DNA of 64,000 nt from an uncultured Coriobacteriia bacterium (lineage in GTDB: Bacteria > Actinomycetota > Coriobacteriia > Coriobacteriales > QAMH01): positions 1,616-65,615 of the forward strand of contig CAUHSG010000007.1 of NCBI GenBank assembly GCA_959608885.1, given 5' to 3'. The position numbers and the translations under genes are program-made. Position 1 is the stretch's first letter; every line of letters starts with the position of its first letter. Below, in pieces: positions 10,432-19,361 of this stretch. The notes beneath the pieces were generated by a model. It worked only from the letters and a program-made list of their open reading frames with translations. It was not told the DNA's origin and did no database searches.

Positions 10432-13107
10432 CTACTTCTCGATAACCCAGGACTTGCGGTTGATGCCGATGGCCGGGTCGTAGTCACGTGCGAACGCCTC
10501 GGGGTAGTCGCGCTTCCAGCCCTCGTACTCCTCGTCGGTGACCTTGGCGACCTCGGCCAGGTAACCCGTGACCGCAAAGCCCTTGCAGTGCTTGGAGACC
10601 TGGTTGCCCGGGCAGATGAGGTTCGCGGCGCCACCGCGGTCCAGGTGCGGGGCGATCGGGTCCACGCGGCTGCCCTTGGCGATGACGACGCTACGCGCCG
10701 TCACGCGCTCGGAGATGCGCGCACCGCACAGGATCGTGCCACGCTCGTTGAACATCTTGACGATGTCGCCGTCCTCGATACCGCGGGCCTCGGCGTCCTC
10801 GGGAGCCAGCCACAGCGGCTCGTAGAGGTAGCCGTCCTTGCCCTTGACCTTGCAGGTCTCGATCTCGCGGAACCACTTGATGTCGTCACCTTGCACATGC
10901 ACGCGCCACTTGGCGGGGTTTGCCGTGACGAGCAGCGGGTACTTCTTGCAACGCTCGCCCCAGAAGGTCTCGTCGTGGGTCCATCCCTCCTCGGCCGGGC
11001 CGCCGACGATCCAACGCGCCATGGGCGTGCGCTCCTTGTCATCAGGGAAGTTGTCGGCCAACGCCTGGCTCCAGAACTCGATCTTGCCCGTGGGCGTGTC
11101 GAGCGGGTACTCCTCGGGGTTCTCGTAGAAGTTGCGCATGCCGGGGGCCATCTGCTCCCAGTTCTCCTCGAGCTTGGGATAGTAGTAGCCCTTTTCCTTA
11201 TAGGTGTCCCAGTCGATCTCCTCGACGAGACGCGAGCTCTGGAAGGCCGTCTCGATCCACATGTCATCGCTCATGCCCTTGTCGATTTCCTCGCGCACGC
11301 CAAAGCGCTCGCCGATCTTGCAGGCGATTTCGAAGTCCGAAAGCGACTCACCCTGGTGCTCGATGGCCGCGGGCGTGAGGCCGGCATGACGCACAGGGAC
11401 CTGCGAGGAGGCACCCATGTCGTCGTTGTCCTCGACGCAGGTCGTGACGGGAAGCACCAGATCAGCAAACAGCGAGTCGTTCTCGAGCCACTGATGGTTG
11501 GTGATGAAACACTCGACCTCGTCGGTGCGAATGGCGTCCTGGTAGTTGAAGCCGCCGTCCCAGCAGTTCATGTTGCAGGGCTTCTCCGACCACAACAGGT
11601 GAATACGGTTGACCTTGGGCTCCTCGGTGGGGATGGGCTTGCCGAATCGCTCGGCCATGGCCTGCTGCATCGCGAGCGCCGCCTTGGGATTGCCGGGATA
11701 GTTGAACTCCTGGAACTGCTCGCTCGTCTCGACGTAGACGATACAGGGGCTGCCCCACCACGTGGCCTTGCCGGTCTGCAGCGCCTCGGCGATCATCGTA
11801 CGCGGCAGCGACTGCGCGCTGGGGAAGAACATGCGGCACTGGATTGCCATGGTGAACGGCGCCGTGGTCGAACGTGCGATGGTCTCCTTGGCGGTGACCT
11901 GCGCGCTCAGGTGGTACTGCTGCACACCTGGCTTACCCAGACCCTGCAGGGCGAGCAGGTAGGCTGAGGTGCGGGCGGGCTCGTGGCTATACGGCGTCTT
12001 GATCGAGCCGGAGCTGTAGTGCACGTGCGAGGTCGCCTTCTTGGCCGTGTTGCGCGCAAAGGCCTTGATGGTCCAAGCGGGAACGCCGCAGCGTTCGGCT
12101 GCCCATGCGGGGGTCTTGGGCTCGCCGTCCTCCTTGCCCAGCACGTAGTCAGCCATCTTGTCGAAGTGCACGGTATGCGTCTCGACATAGTCCTTGTCGT
12201 AGAGGCCCTCGGTCAACCACGTGTAGATGACGCCGAAGTGGAAGGCCGCGTCGGTGTTGGGAAGGATGGGAATCCACTTCATGGTGTGGCACACGGAGGT
12301 GTAGTTGCAGAACGGGTCGACGCAGATCATCTCCTTGCCAAGCTTCTCCCAATACCCCATGACTTGCGAGAGGAACATACTCGCATAGTTGGTGGTGAGC
12401 TCGTAGTCGCCCGCGTCGAAGACGAGCATCTCGGAGTTCTGGCAGATGTCGAGCAGAACGTTCCACGAGTTATAGCCCGTCTCAGGCGGCGCGACCAGGC
12501 CAAGACCCTTGTTGGCACCTGCGCCCCAGACGTGCTTGGCGCCCCAGTACCATCCCTCGACCGAGTCCGGCGTACGCGTCTCGCGCGTGTAGCCGCCCAG
12601 CTTGTCCATGAGCGTGGCGTGCATGCCACCACCAGCATGCAGGTCCTTGGACTCGCGATGGCCGTCCTCGCCGATGCAGATCACCGAGTACGGTCCATAC
12701 TTGTCGATGACGCGACGCAGCTCGGACTCGACGATGTCGAGTGCCTCGTCCCAGCTGATTTCGACAAACTTCGATATGCCGCGGTTTGCGGAATTGATCT
12801 TGGCAGGATCTCCGCCTGGCTCCCAGTCGACGCGCTTGAGCGGTTTGAGGACGCGGTTCTTCGAGTAGACGCGGTTCTTGTACGCGAGCGCCATCCAGTT
12901 GGGACACGTCTTGATGCTCGGCTCGAACACCTTGCCGTCGACGTCGATCTTCCACATCGAAGGTGCGAGCTCCTCCTTGGTGTAGGCGGTATCGTTCCTG
13001 AATGGGCGAATGCGCAAGATCTTGCCATCCATGGTGTCGACCGCGGTAATCTCACCGCCCGTTCCGCCACACGCGATGCTTTGGAGTGTGGTCTTGATCT
13101 CCTTCAT
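10432..13107 (-). CDS. molybdopterin oxidoreductase large subunit, AthL (pyrogallol hydroxytransferase)-like
   Basis: 891 aa with no signal peptide and no N-terminal Cys cluster. Blocks typical of the transhydroxylase alpha subunit are present: PDSVEGWYWGAKHVWG and YVLGKEDGEPKTPAWAAERCGVPAWTIKAFARNTAKK. The small subunit starts 15 nt downstream. Confidence 0.82.
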   Translation of the reverse strand: MKEIKTTLQSIACGGTGGEITAVDTMDGKILRIRPFRNDTAYTKEELAPSMWKIDVDGKVFEPSIKTCPNWMALAYKNRVYSKNRVLKPLKRVDWEPGGDPAKINSANRGISKFVEISWDEALDIVESELRRVIDKYGPYSVICIGEDGHRESKDLHAGGGMHATLMDKLGGYTRETRTPDSVEGWYWGAKHVWGAGANKGLGLVAPPETGYNSWNVLLDICQNSEMLVFDAGDYELTTNYASMFLSQVMGYWEKLGKEMICVDPFCNYTSVCHTMKWIPILPNTDAAFHFGVIYTWLTEGLYDKDYVETHTVHFDKMADYVLGKEDGEPKTPAWAAERCGVPAWTIKAFARNTAKKATSHVHYSSGSIKTPYSHEPARTSAYLLALQGLGKPGVQQYHLSAQVTAKETIARSTTAPFTMAIQCRMFFPSAQSLPRTMIAEALQTGKATWWGSPCIVYVETSEQFQEFNYPGNPKAALAMQQAMAERFGKPIPTEEPKVNRIHLLWSEKPCNMNCWDGGFNYQDAIRTDEVECFITNHQWLENDSLFADLVLPVTTCVEDNDDMGASSQVPVRHAGLTPAAIEHQGESLSDFEIACKIGERFGVREEIDKGMSDDMWIETAFQSSRLVEEIDWDTYKEKGYYYPKLEENWEQMAPGMRNFYENPEEYPLDTPTGKIEFWSQALADNFPDDKERTPMARWIVGGPAEEGWTHDETFWGERCKKYPLLVTANPAKWRVHVQGDDIKWFREIETCKVKGKDGYLYEPLWLAPEDAEARGIEDGDIVKMFNERGTILCGARISERVTARSVVIAKGSRVDPIAPHLDRGGAANLICPGNQVSKHCKGFAVTGYLAEVAKVTDEEYEGWKRDYPEAFARDYDPAIGINRKSWVIEK

Positions 13108-13211
13108 CTGTTCTCCCTTTCCTCTTCACGATGCGACGAACGACGCACGCGGGGGGATTCGCGCATGGCTCGCCACCTTATGCATCCATCTTGGAAGAGT
13201 CGAAAGGGGCC

Positions 13212-13256
13212 TTCAATTCCCAAGGTCTTCGATTCGTTTTCGATTGGGAACAGTGC
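13212..13256 (-). promoter_or_regulatory. candidate operator/promoter element upstream of the AthL/BthL-like operon
   Basis: TTCAATT (13212-13218). TTCCCAA (13217-13223) forms an inverted repeat with TTGGGAA (13244-13250). The 13-mer TTGGGAACAGTGC (13244-13256) is identical to 7431-7443. Confidence 0.45.
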
Positions 13257-13322
13257 GCATGCATCGTGTACCAACGCATGACACATTGCGGGGTTTGTAC
13301 ATTCTTAGAAGAGAATAAAGAC

Positions 13323-13886
13323 TTACTTCGCGATGCTTCGCCAGAAGGTCCCCGTCACGCTACCATAGAGATCGGCGAGCTCCTTGGGCGAAACGCGCAT
13401 ACCGTCGGCAACCCACTTCTGCATGAGCATGGCCTGTGACGAGGCGAAGAAGTACGCGATGTAGTCCGTGTGCCAATCGTCCGCGAGCCTCGTGGTCTTG
13501 GGAATGAGCTCCATATTGAGCTGGTAGATTGCCTGGGTCGCGATGCGCAGGAAGGTGTCGTCCTTGCCGAATATGGGGCCGATGAGGTTCTTGAAGAACT
13601 CGCCTTCGGCGGCCAGGCGCTCGTACATCTGCTCGTTCATGCGCTCCATGAGAGGTTCGAGATCACTGAGGTCGAGCAGACGATTGAGGTCGCGAATGGG
13701 TTGCAATACGGAGGACTCGAAAACCAAGCGAATGACATCGTCCTTGTCCTCGAAGTTGGCGTAAAAGGTGTTGCGCGAGATGCGGGCGCGCAGGCACAGT
13801 TCGTTTACCGTGACCTTTGGATAGCGTGTGGTGACGAGCATGTCCTTCAATGCGGCGATGACACGTTCCTTCGTCTCTGTCATCAT
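13323..13886 (-). CDS. TetR/AcrR family transcriptional regulator
   Basis: HTH YPKVTVNELCLRARISRNTFYANFEDKDD. The C-terminal half is paralogous to 7540-8115 (DYIAYFFASSQAMLMQKWVADG). Confidence 0.9.
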   Translation of the reverse strand: MMTETKERVIAALKDMLVTTRYPKVTVNELCLRARISRNTFYANFEDKDDVIRLVFESSVLQPIRDLNRLLDLSDLEPLMERMNEQMYERLAAEGEFFKNLIGPIFGKDDTFLRIATQAIYQLNMELIPKTTRLADDWHTDYIAYFFASSQAMLMQKWVADGMRVSPKELADLYGSVTGTFWRSIAK

Positions 13887-13999
13887 TGCCTCCCCACGAT
13901 AGCCCCTACGCCGATTTTACCACCTGCGATATCCATAGAATCACATCTCGTTCTGTTGTATACTGAATCGAACATTTGTTTGTGAGAAAGGAGGCGATC

Positions 14000-15640
14000 A
14001 TGGCCAGGCGCACGGTGCAACAGCTCAGCGTTGACGAGCTCCGCACGCAAATTTCCCAGCGCCTGCGTTCCAACGCCGCCTTCAGCAAGACCGTCTACCA
14101 AGACCAGCCCATCATCATGACGGGCAGCCAGCTCAAGAGCTTCGTGCCAGACGCCATACGCGAGGCCCGCCAGCTCGCACGTACGCTTTACGCGCAAAAC
14201 GCGAGCGTTGCCAGCGTCTTCTACGAGCAGGCACGCCTGCTAGCCGGATATGAGGACGACTTCGAGTTCACCGGCACGTTCTCGCACTACTACCCCAGCT
14301 ACGAGGACATGAGCAACGAGCAGCTGCGCGGCTACTTCGCCTGGCGTGCCAAGGCGCGGCAGGGCAACGTCGAGCAGGGTTCCCTCTCGTTCGCCTACGT
14401 CTACCTCTACGAGCTCATCAACCTCGTGGGCGTCGCCGGCGCGCGCGAGGGCTACGACGCGATGCTCGCCTTTGGCAGCGCATACCGCCGCTTCGATGCG
14501 CGCTTCGGCAAGCACCTCGATGCCTGGCTTGACGACTTCGTCATCTACTACGGCCTGGATGCGAGCTTGTTGCGCACGCGTTCGTTCGCCAAGCGTGACG
14601 CCGCCTTCGACGTGCTACTGCACCATGAGGCGCATGCGAAGGGCGAGATCTTCGACGCGCTCGTCACACTCGGTGCCTATGCGATCGTCGATTCGCCCTT
14701 CTTCATCGAGCACGAAGCCGAGCTTAGGCAACTCGTCGTGCACGCCTATCGGGCTGCCGCCCAGCATCACGCGAAGCTCAAGACGGCGCTACCCGCCAAG
14801 CTCGCCGGACGTCTCAAGAACGAGCGTCTCTGGCTGTTCGAGAGGGCCGTCTTCGCCAACCCGCTCGCCATCGATACCGCCAAGTACCAGATCAGCGCCC
14901 ACGACACGGTGTATTGCCGCAACGGTGCGTGGTTCCGTATCCGCTACGAGGCCCTGGAGCGTCCGTTGCCCTGGGTCACCCAGCTGCTCGAGACTTGCGA
15001 GTGCGTCTTGCGTGATGTCTACGCATACCCCAACACGCTCGAGCGCAAACTCGTCACCAAGTACCTGCTCAGGGCAATCGAGGCGCGGGCGAGCGAGCTC
15101 GCCGAGGAGACGCGCCTGCGCGAGGAGCGGGCCGTGCACATCGACTTTTCGCAGCTCGACCACATCCGCGCCGCCGCCGAGGTAACCTGCGAGAAGCTCA
15201 TCGTGGACGATGATAGCAATCTCATCATGCGCGGGGACAAAATCCAAACACCCACTACGTCGCGCGGGGACGGCGCAGTCGCTCAGACAGTCCTGAGCTC
15301 GCACGAAAGCGCCACTGGCGCTTTCGCGAGTATGCGGCGACGCGAAGCTAGTCCCTTTAGGGAAACTCGCTTTGTGCATCCGTCCCCGCGCGTTATGCAA
15401 CGGTCCTCTTCATTTTCTCTCACGCCTGATGAAGCTGCTCTCCTCGTCCACTTACTCGCTGGTGGTGAAATTCGCGAGTTCGAGCGCGCGCATGGCTGCA
15501 TGGCATCCGTGCTCGTCGACTCCATCAACGACAAGCTCTACGACGAGTTCGCCGACATCTGCATCGACACCTGCACCGGAGAGCCCGTCATCATCGAAGA
15601 TTACGTCCCTAAACTACGCGAACTGCTCGACCTGTCCTGA
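14000..15640 (+). CDS. sngA: TerB-N / TerB-C domain protein (Shango SngA-like)
   Basis: AAGGAGG lies 6 nt before ATG 14000. TerB-N-type block: YPSYEDMSNEQLRGYFAWRAKARQGNVEQGSLSFAYVYLYELINLVG. The C-terminal TerB-C-like segment reads LTPDEAALLVHLLAGG...SINDKLYDEFADICID. It is the first gene of a tightly packed triad. Confidence 0.65.
   Translation: MARRTVQQLSVDELRTQISQRLRSNAAFSKTVYQDQPIIMTGSQLKSFVPDAIREARQLARTLYAQNASVASVFYEQARLLAGYEDDFEFTGTFSHYYPSYEDMSNEQLRGYFAWRAKARQGNVEQGSLSFAYVYLYELINLVGVAGAREGYDAMLAFGSAYRRFDARFGKHLDAWLDDFVIYYGLDASLLRTRSFAKRDAAFDVLLHHEAHAKGEIFDALVTLGAYAIVDSPFFIEHEAELRQLVVHAYRAAAQHHAKLKTALPAKLAGRLKNERLWLFERAVFANPLAIDTAKYQISAHDTVYCRNGAWFRIRYEALERPLPWVTQLLETCECVLRDVYAYPNTLERKLVTKYLLRAIEARASELAEETRLREERAVHIDFSQLDHIRAAAEVTCEKLIVDDDSNLIMRGDKIQTPTTSRGDGAVAQTVLSSHESATGAFASMRRREASPFRETRFVHPSPRVMQRSSSFSLTPDEAALLVHLLAGGEIREFERAHGCMASVLVDSINDKLYDEFADICIDTCTGEPVIIEDYVPKLRELLDLS
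15281..15370. repeat. in-frame fragment of the dispersed palindromic repeat also found at 31852-32033
   Basis: 15333-15370 (38 nt) equals the reverse complement of 31941-31978. 15281-15294 equals the reverse complement of 31912-31925. A 33-nt hairpin lies between the two matches. Confidence 0.85.
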
Positions 15641-15650
15641 AGGAGCTGCT

Positions 15651-16997
15651 GTGGCCACCAAGATTCCCAAACGCATCGCATCGACCGTGCTCAACTCCCT
15701 CAAGGGCGGTGTCGTGCCACGCGTCGGCCTGCCCTACGTCGCCGTCGGGCGCGAAGCCGAGATAGACGCCCTGCTGCACGATGTCGACATCATCGCCGAT
15801 GGCGGGGCCACCTTTCGCTTCATCGTCGGCAAGTACGGAAGCGGCAAGAGCTTCCTGCTGCAAACCATCCGCAACTACGCGATGGACCGCAACTTCGTCG
15901 TCGTCGATGCCGACCTCTCCCCCGAGCGCCGCTTGCAAGGCGGCCACGGCCAGGGTCTTGCCACCTACAAGGAGCTCATCCGCAACATGTCGACCAAAAC
16001 CCGCCCCGAAGGCGGTGCGCTCACGCTCATCCTCGATCGCTGGATCTCGGGCGTGCAGCAAGACGTGCTTGCCGAAGGGCATGAGCCCGGCACAGAACCC
16101 TTCGCACAGCGCGTCGAGATGCGCATCCACGAGGTCGTGGGCACGCTTTCGGAGCTCGTGCATGGCTTCGACTTCGCGCAGCTGCTCGTCATGTACTACC
16201 GCGCTTACGTCAACGACGACGAAGACACCAAGGCCAAGGTCATCAAATGGTTCAGGGGTGAGTACGCCAACAAGACCGAGGCCAGAAACGAGCTCGGCAT
16301 CCGCATCATCATCTCCGACGACGATTGGTACGAGTACATCAAGCTCTTCGCATCCTTCCTCGTGCAAGCGGGCTACGCCGGATTGCTCGTGCTCATCGAC
16401 GAGCTCGTGAACATCTACAAGGTTCCCAACTCCATCACGCGACAGTACAACTACGAGAAAATCCTCACGATGTACAACGACACGCTGCAGGGCAAAGCGC
16501 AACATCTGGGCATCATCATGGGTGGCACGCCCCAGTGCGTCGAGGACAAGCGTCGTGGCGTCTATTCGTACGAGGCACTGCGCAGTCGCCTGGCCGAGGG
16601 GCGCTTTGCCAGCCAGCAGTACAAGGACATGCTCGCCCCCATCATCCGTCTCGTGCCGCTCACGCATGAGGAGCTATTCGTTCTCGCCGAGAAACTCGCC
16701 GCCATCCACGCACAGCTCTTCGATTACGAGCCACGCCTCACCGACGATCAGCTCGTCCAGTTCATCAAGACGGAGTTCGAGCGCGTGGGAGCAAGCACCC
16801 ACATCACGCCACGCGAGGTTATCCGCGATTTCATCGAGCTACTCGACATCATGTACCAGAACCCCGATGCGCAGATGGACGAGTTGCTGGCAAGCGAGGC
16901 CTTTACCAGCGCCACTGCGCCCGATGCTTCGAACAGCGTAAGCGTGGGTGCCGAGGCAAACGACCGGCAGGAAAACTTCTTCGAATTCACGCTCTAG
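15651..16997 (+). CDS. sngB: P-loop ATPase, DUF2791/BrxD-like (Shango SngB-like)
   Basis: GTG 15651 lies 5 nt after AAGGAG and 10 nt after the sngA-like stop. Walker A is GKYGSGKS and Walker B is GLLVLIDE. N-terminal block: GLPYVAVGREAEIDALLHDVD. Confidence 0.65.
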   Translation: MATKIPKRIASTVLNSLKGGVVPRVGLPYVAVGREAEIDALLHDVDIIADGGATFRFIVGKYGSGKSFLLQTIRNYAMDRNFVVVDADLSPERRLQGGHGQGLATYKELIRNMSTKTRPEGGALTLILDRWISGVQQDVLAEGHEPGTEPFAQRVEMRIHEVVGTLSELVHGFDFAQLLVMYYRAYVNDDEDTKAKVIKWFRGEYANKTEARNELGIRIIISDDDWYEYIKLFASFLVQAGYAGLLVLIDELVNIYKVPNSITRQYNYEKILTMYNDTLQGKAQHLGIIMGGTPQCVEDKRRGVYSYEALRSRLAEGRFASQQYKDMLAPIIRLVPLTHEELFVLAEKLAAIHAQLFDYEPRLTDDQLVQFIKTEFERVGASTHITPREVIRDFIELLDIMYQNPDAQMDELLASEAFTSATAPDASNSVSVGAEANDRQENFFEFTL

Positions 16998-17000
16998 GCG

Positions 17001-19358
17001 GTGGCCATGGACGTTTTTGCCTCATATGCGCCTTTCATCCAGGACTTCATCTACCGCAATGGCTGGGAGAGCCTGCGCTCAGTGCAAGTCGCCGCAGCCG
17101 ACGCCATCTTCAATTCCGAAGACAACGTCCTGTTGGCCGCATCGACCGCATCGGGTAAGACCGAAGCTGCGTTCTTCCCCATACTCTCCCAGCTCGACGA
17201 GAATCCTTCCTCGAGCGTCGGCGTAATCTACATCGCGCCGCTCAAGGCACTCATCAACGACCAGTTCGGCCGTCTCACCGAGCTCTGCGAGGAGGCCGAG
17301 ATTCCCGTCTGGCGCTGGCACGGCGATGTCGCGCAATCGCGCAAGAGCAAGCTGCTCAAGCACCCGAGCGGCATCCTGCAGATCACGCCGGAGTCCCTCG
17401 AGGCGCTGCTCTTGCACAAGCATTCCCACATTCCTGCTCTCTTCGGCGACCTGCGCTTCATCGTCATCGACGAGATTCACTCCCTCATGCGCGCCGATCG
17501 TGGCGGACAATGCCTCTGCCTCATCGAGCGCCTCTCGCGCCTCGCATCATGCAACCCGCGTCGCATCGGGTTGTCGGCAACCATCGGAGACCTCGAGCTG
17601 GCCGGGCGCTTCCTCGGCTCGGGTTCGGGCCGCGACACCATCATCCCCCGCATCGAGGACGCGCAACAGCGCTGGCGCCTGTCCATGTCGCACTTCTTCG
17701 TGGGGGAGGGTGCCGAAGAGATGGCCGTATCGGCACAGCCCGATGGGGAGGCGCGAAGCGGAGGTCCAAGGGAGCGAGCCGGCGAGACCACAGGCTCGCG
17801 GGGAGCGACTGTCGGAGCGGAGCGCCTCCCCATCGCCGCTGCACCCGAGCCCGCTACTGACACCGCTCCCGCTGGCGCGGACCTTGGCCTTGGCTACATC
17901 TTCGAGCATACGCGCGGCAAGAAGTGCCTCGTCTTCTGCAACTCGCGCGAAGAGGCCGAGGGCGTCACCACCACGCTACGCCGCTATTGTGAGGCCAACA
18001 ACGAACCCGACCGCTTCTTCATCCATCATGGCAACCTCTCGTCAGCCGTGCGCGAGAGCGCGGAGAACGTCATGCGAGACGAGGAGCTCGACCTCACGAC
18101 GGTCACCACCGCAACGCTCGAGCTCGGCATCGACATCGGTCGTCTCGAGCGAGCCTTCCAGATCGACGCGCCCTTCACGGTGAGCGCATTCCTACAGCGC
18201 ATGGGTCGCACGGGGCGGCGAGGCTCGCCCCCGGAAATGTGGTTCGTCATGCGCGAGGACCGCGCCGAGCCACGCACCACCCTGGGCGCGACCATCCCCT
18301 GGAAGCTCCTGCAGGGCATCGCTCTCGTACAGCTCTACCTCGAGGATCGCTGGGTCGAGCCGCCGCGCCTCGACCGCCTGCCCTACAGCTTGCTCTACCA
18401 CCAGACCATGGCAACCCTTGCCAGTGGGGGCGAGATGACACCGGCCGAGCTCGCGGCCCGCGTGCTCACGCTCGGATACTTTCATCGCGTGAGCAGCGAG
18501 GACTTCCGCATCCTGTTGCACCACCTCATCGAAACCGACCATATCCAGCTTACCGAGGAAGGTGGCCTTATCGTCGGCATTGCGGGCGAACGCGTCATCA
18601 ACAGCTACCGCTTCTACGGCGTCTTCCAGGAGAATGAGGAGTACACCGTTCGCAACGAGTCCCAGGAGCTCGGCACCATCGTACTGCCACCACCCGTGGG
18701 CGAGAAGCTCGCCATTGCCGGTGCCACCTGGCTCGTCGAGGAGGTCGACCACAAGCGGCACCTCGTCTACGCCACACAGGTCAAGGGCCAGGTGCCGGCA
18801 TACTTCGGCGACGTACCGGGCGACATCAACACCGTCGTGCTCGAACGCATGCTGCGCGTGCTCATGGAAGACACAGATTATCCCTACCTCATGGACAACG
18901 CGCGCGGCAGGCTCGCCCAAGCCCGCTCGACCGCACGCAACGCCCATCTCGACCACGTGCCGCTCGTTCGGCTGGGTGGCGATACCTGGGGGCTCTTCCC
19001 CTGGCTCGGCAGCTACGCGTTTCTCGCGCTCGAGCGTTTCCTCAAGATCAAGTGCGCCGACCAGCTCCAGCTCAAGGGCCTTGACTCGCCTCGTCCCTAT
19101 TTCATGGAGTTTCGCATGAAGGGCGACGAGCAGCTCTTCTACGACGTGCTCGCCGAGCAGGCGCTGACGCCGTTTGATCCACTTGACCTTGTCTATCCCG
19201 ACGAAGTTCCCATCTGGGAGAAATACGACGAATACGTGCCCATCGAGCTCATCCGCAAGGGTTTTGCCGAAAGCGTTCTCGACATCGACGGCATGCTCAA
19301 GCGCGTGCGCCAGTGGTGCGGCCTGCCCGACGAGAAGCCGTTGCAGCTACCAGGCTAG
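17001..19358 (+). CDS. sngC: DEAD/DEAH-box (Lhr-like) helicase (Shango SngC-like)
   Basis: Starts 3 nt after the sngB-like stop (GTG 17001, or ATG 17007). Helicase motifs: ASTASGKTEAA (I), VIDEIHSL (II), LSATIG (III), QRMGRTGRR (VI). A low-complexity insert lies between the RecA lobes, and the C-terminal region is long. Confidence 0.7.
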   Translation: MAMDVFASYAPFIQDFIYRNGWESLRSVQVAAADAIFNSEDNVLLAASTASGKTEAAFFPILSQLDENPSSSVGVIYIAPLKALINDQFGRLTELCEEAEIPVWRWHGDVAQSRKSKLLKHPSGILQITPESLEALLLHKHSHIPALFGDLRFIVIDEIHSLMRADRGGQCLCLIERLSRLASCNPRRIGLSATIGDLELAGRFLGSGSGRDTIIPRIEDAQQRWRLSMSHFFVGEGAEEMAVSAQPDGEARSGGPRERAGETTGSRGATVGAERLPIAAAPEPATDTAPAGADLGLGYIFEHTRGKKCLVFCNSREEAEGVTTTLRRYCEANNEPDRFFIHHGNLSSAVRESAENVMRDEELDLTTVTTATLELGIDIGRLERAFQIDAPFTVSAFLQRMGRTGRRGSPPEMWFVMREDRAEPRTTLGATIPWKLLQGIALVQLYLEDRWVEPPRLDRLPYSLLYHQTMATLASGGEMTPAELAARVLTLGYFHRVSSEDFRILLHHLIETDHIQLTEEGGLIVGIAGERVINSYRFYGVFQENEEYTVRNESQELGTIVLPPPVGEKLAIAGATWLVEEVDHKRHLVYATQVKGQVPAYFGDVPGDINTVVLERMLRVLMEDTDYPYLMDNARGRLAQARSTARNAHLDHVPLVRLGGDTWGLFPWLGSYAFLALERFLKIKCADQLQLKGLDSPRPYFMEFRMKGDEQLFYDVLAEQALTPFDPLDLVYPDEVPIWEKYDEYVPIELIRKGFAESVLDIDGMLKRVRQWCGLPDEKPLQLPG

Positions 19359-19361
19359 CCG

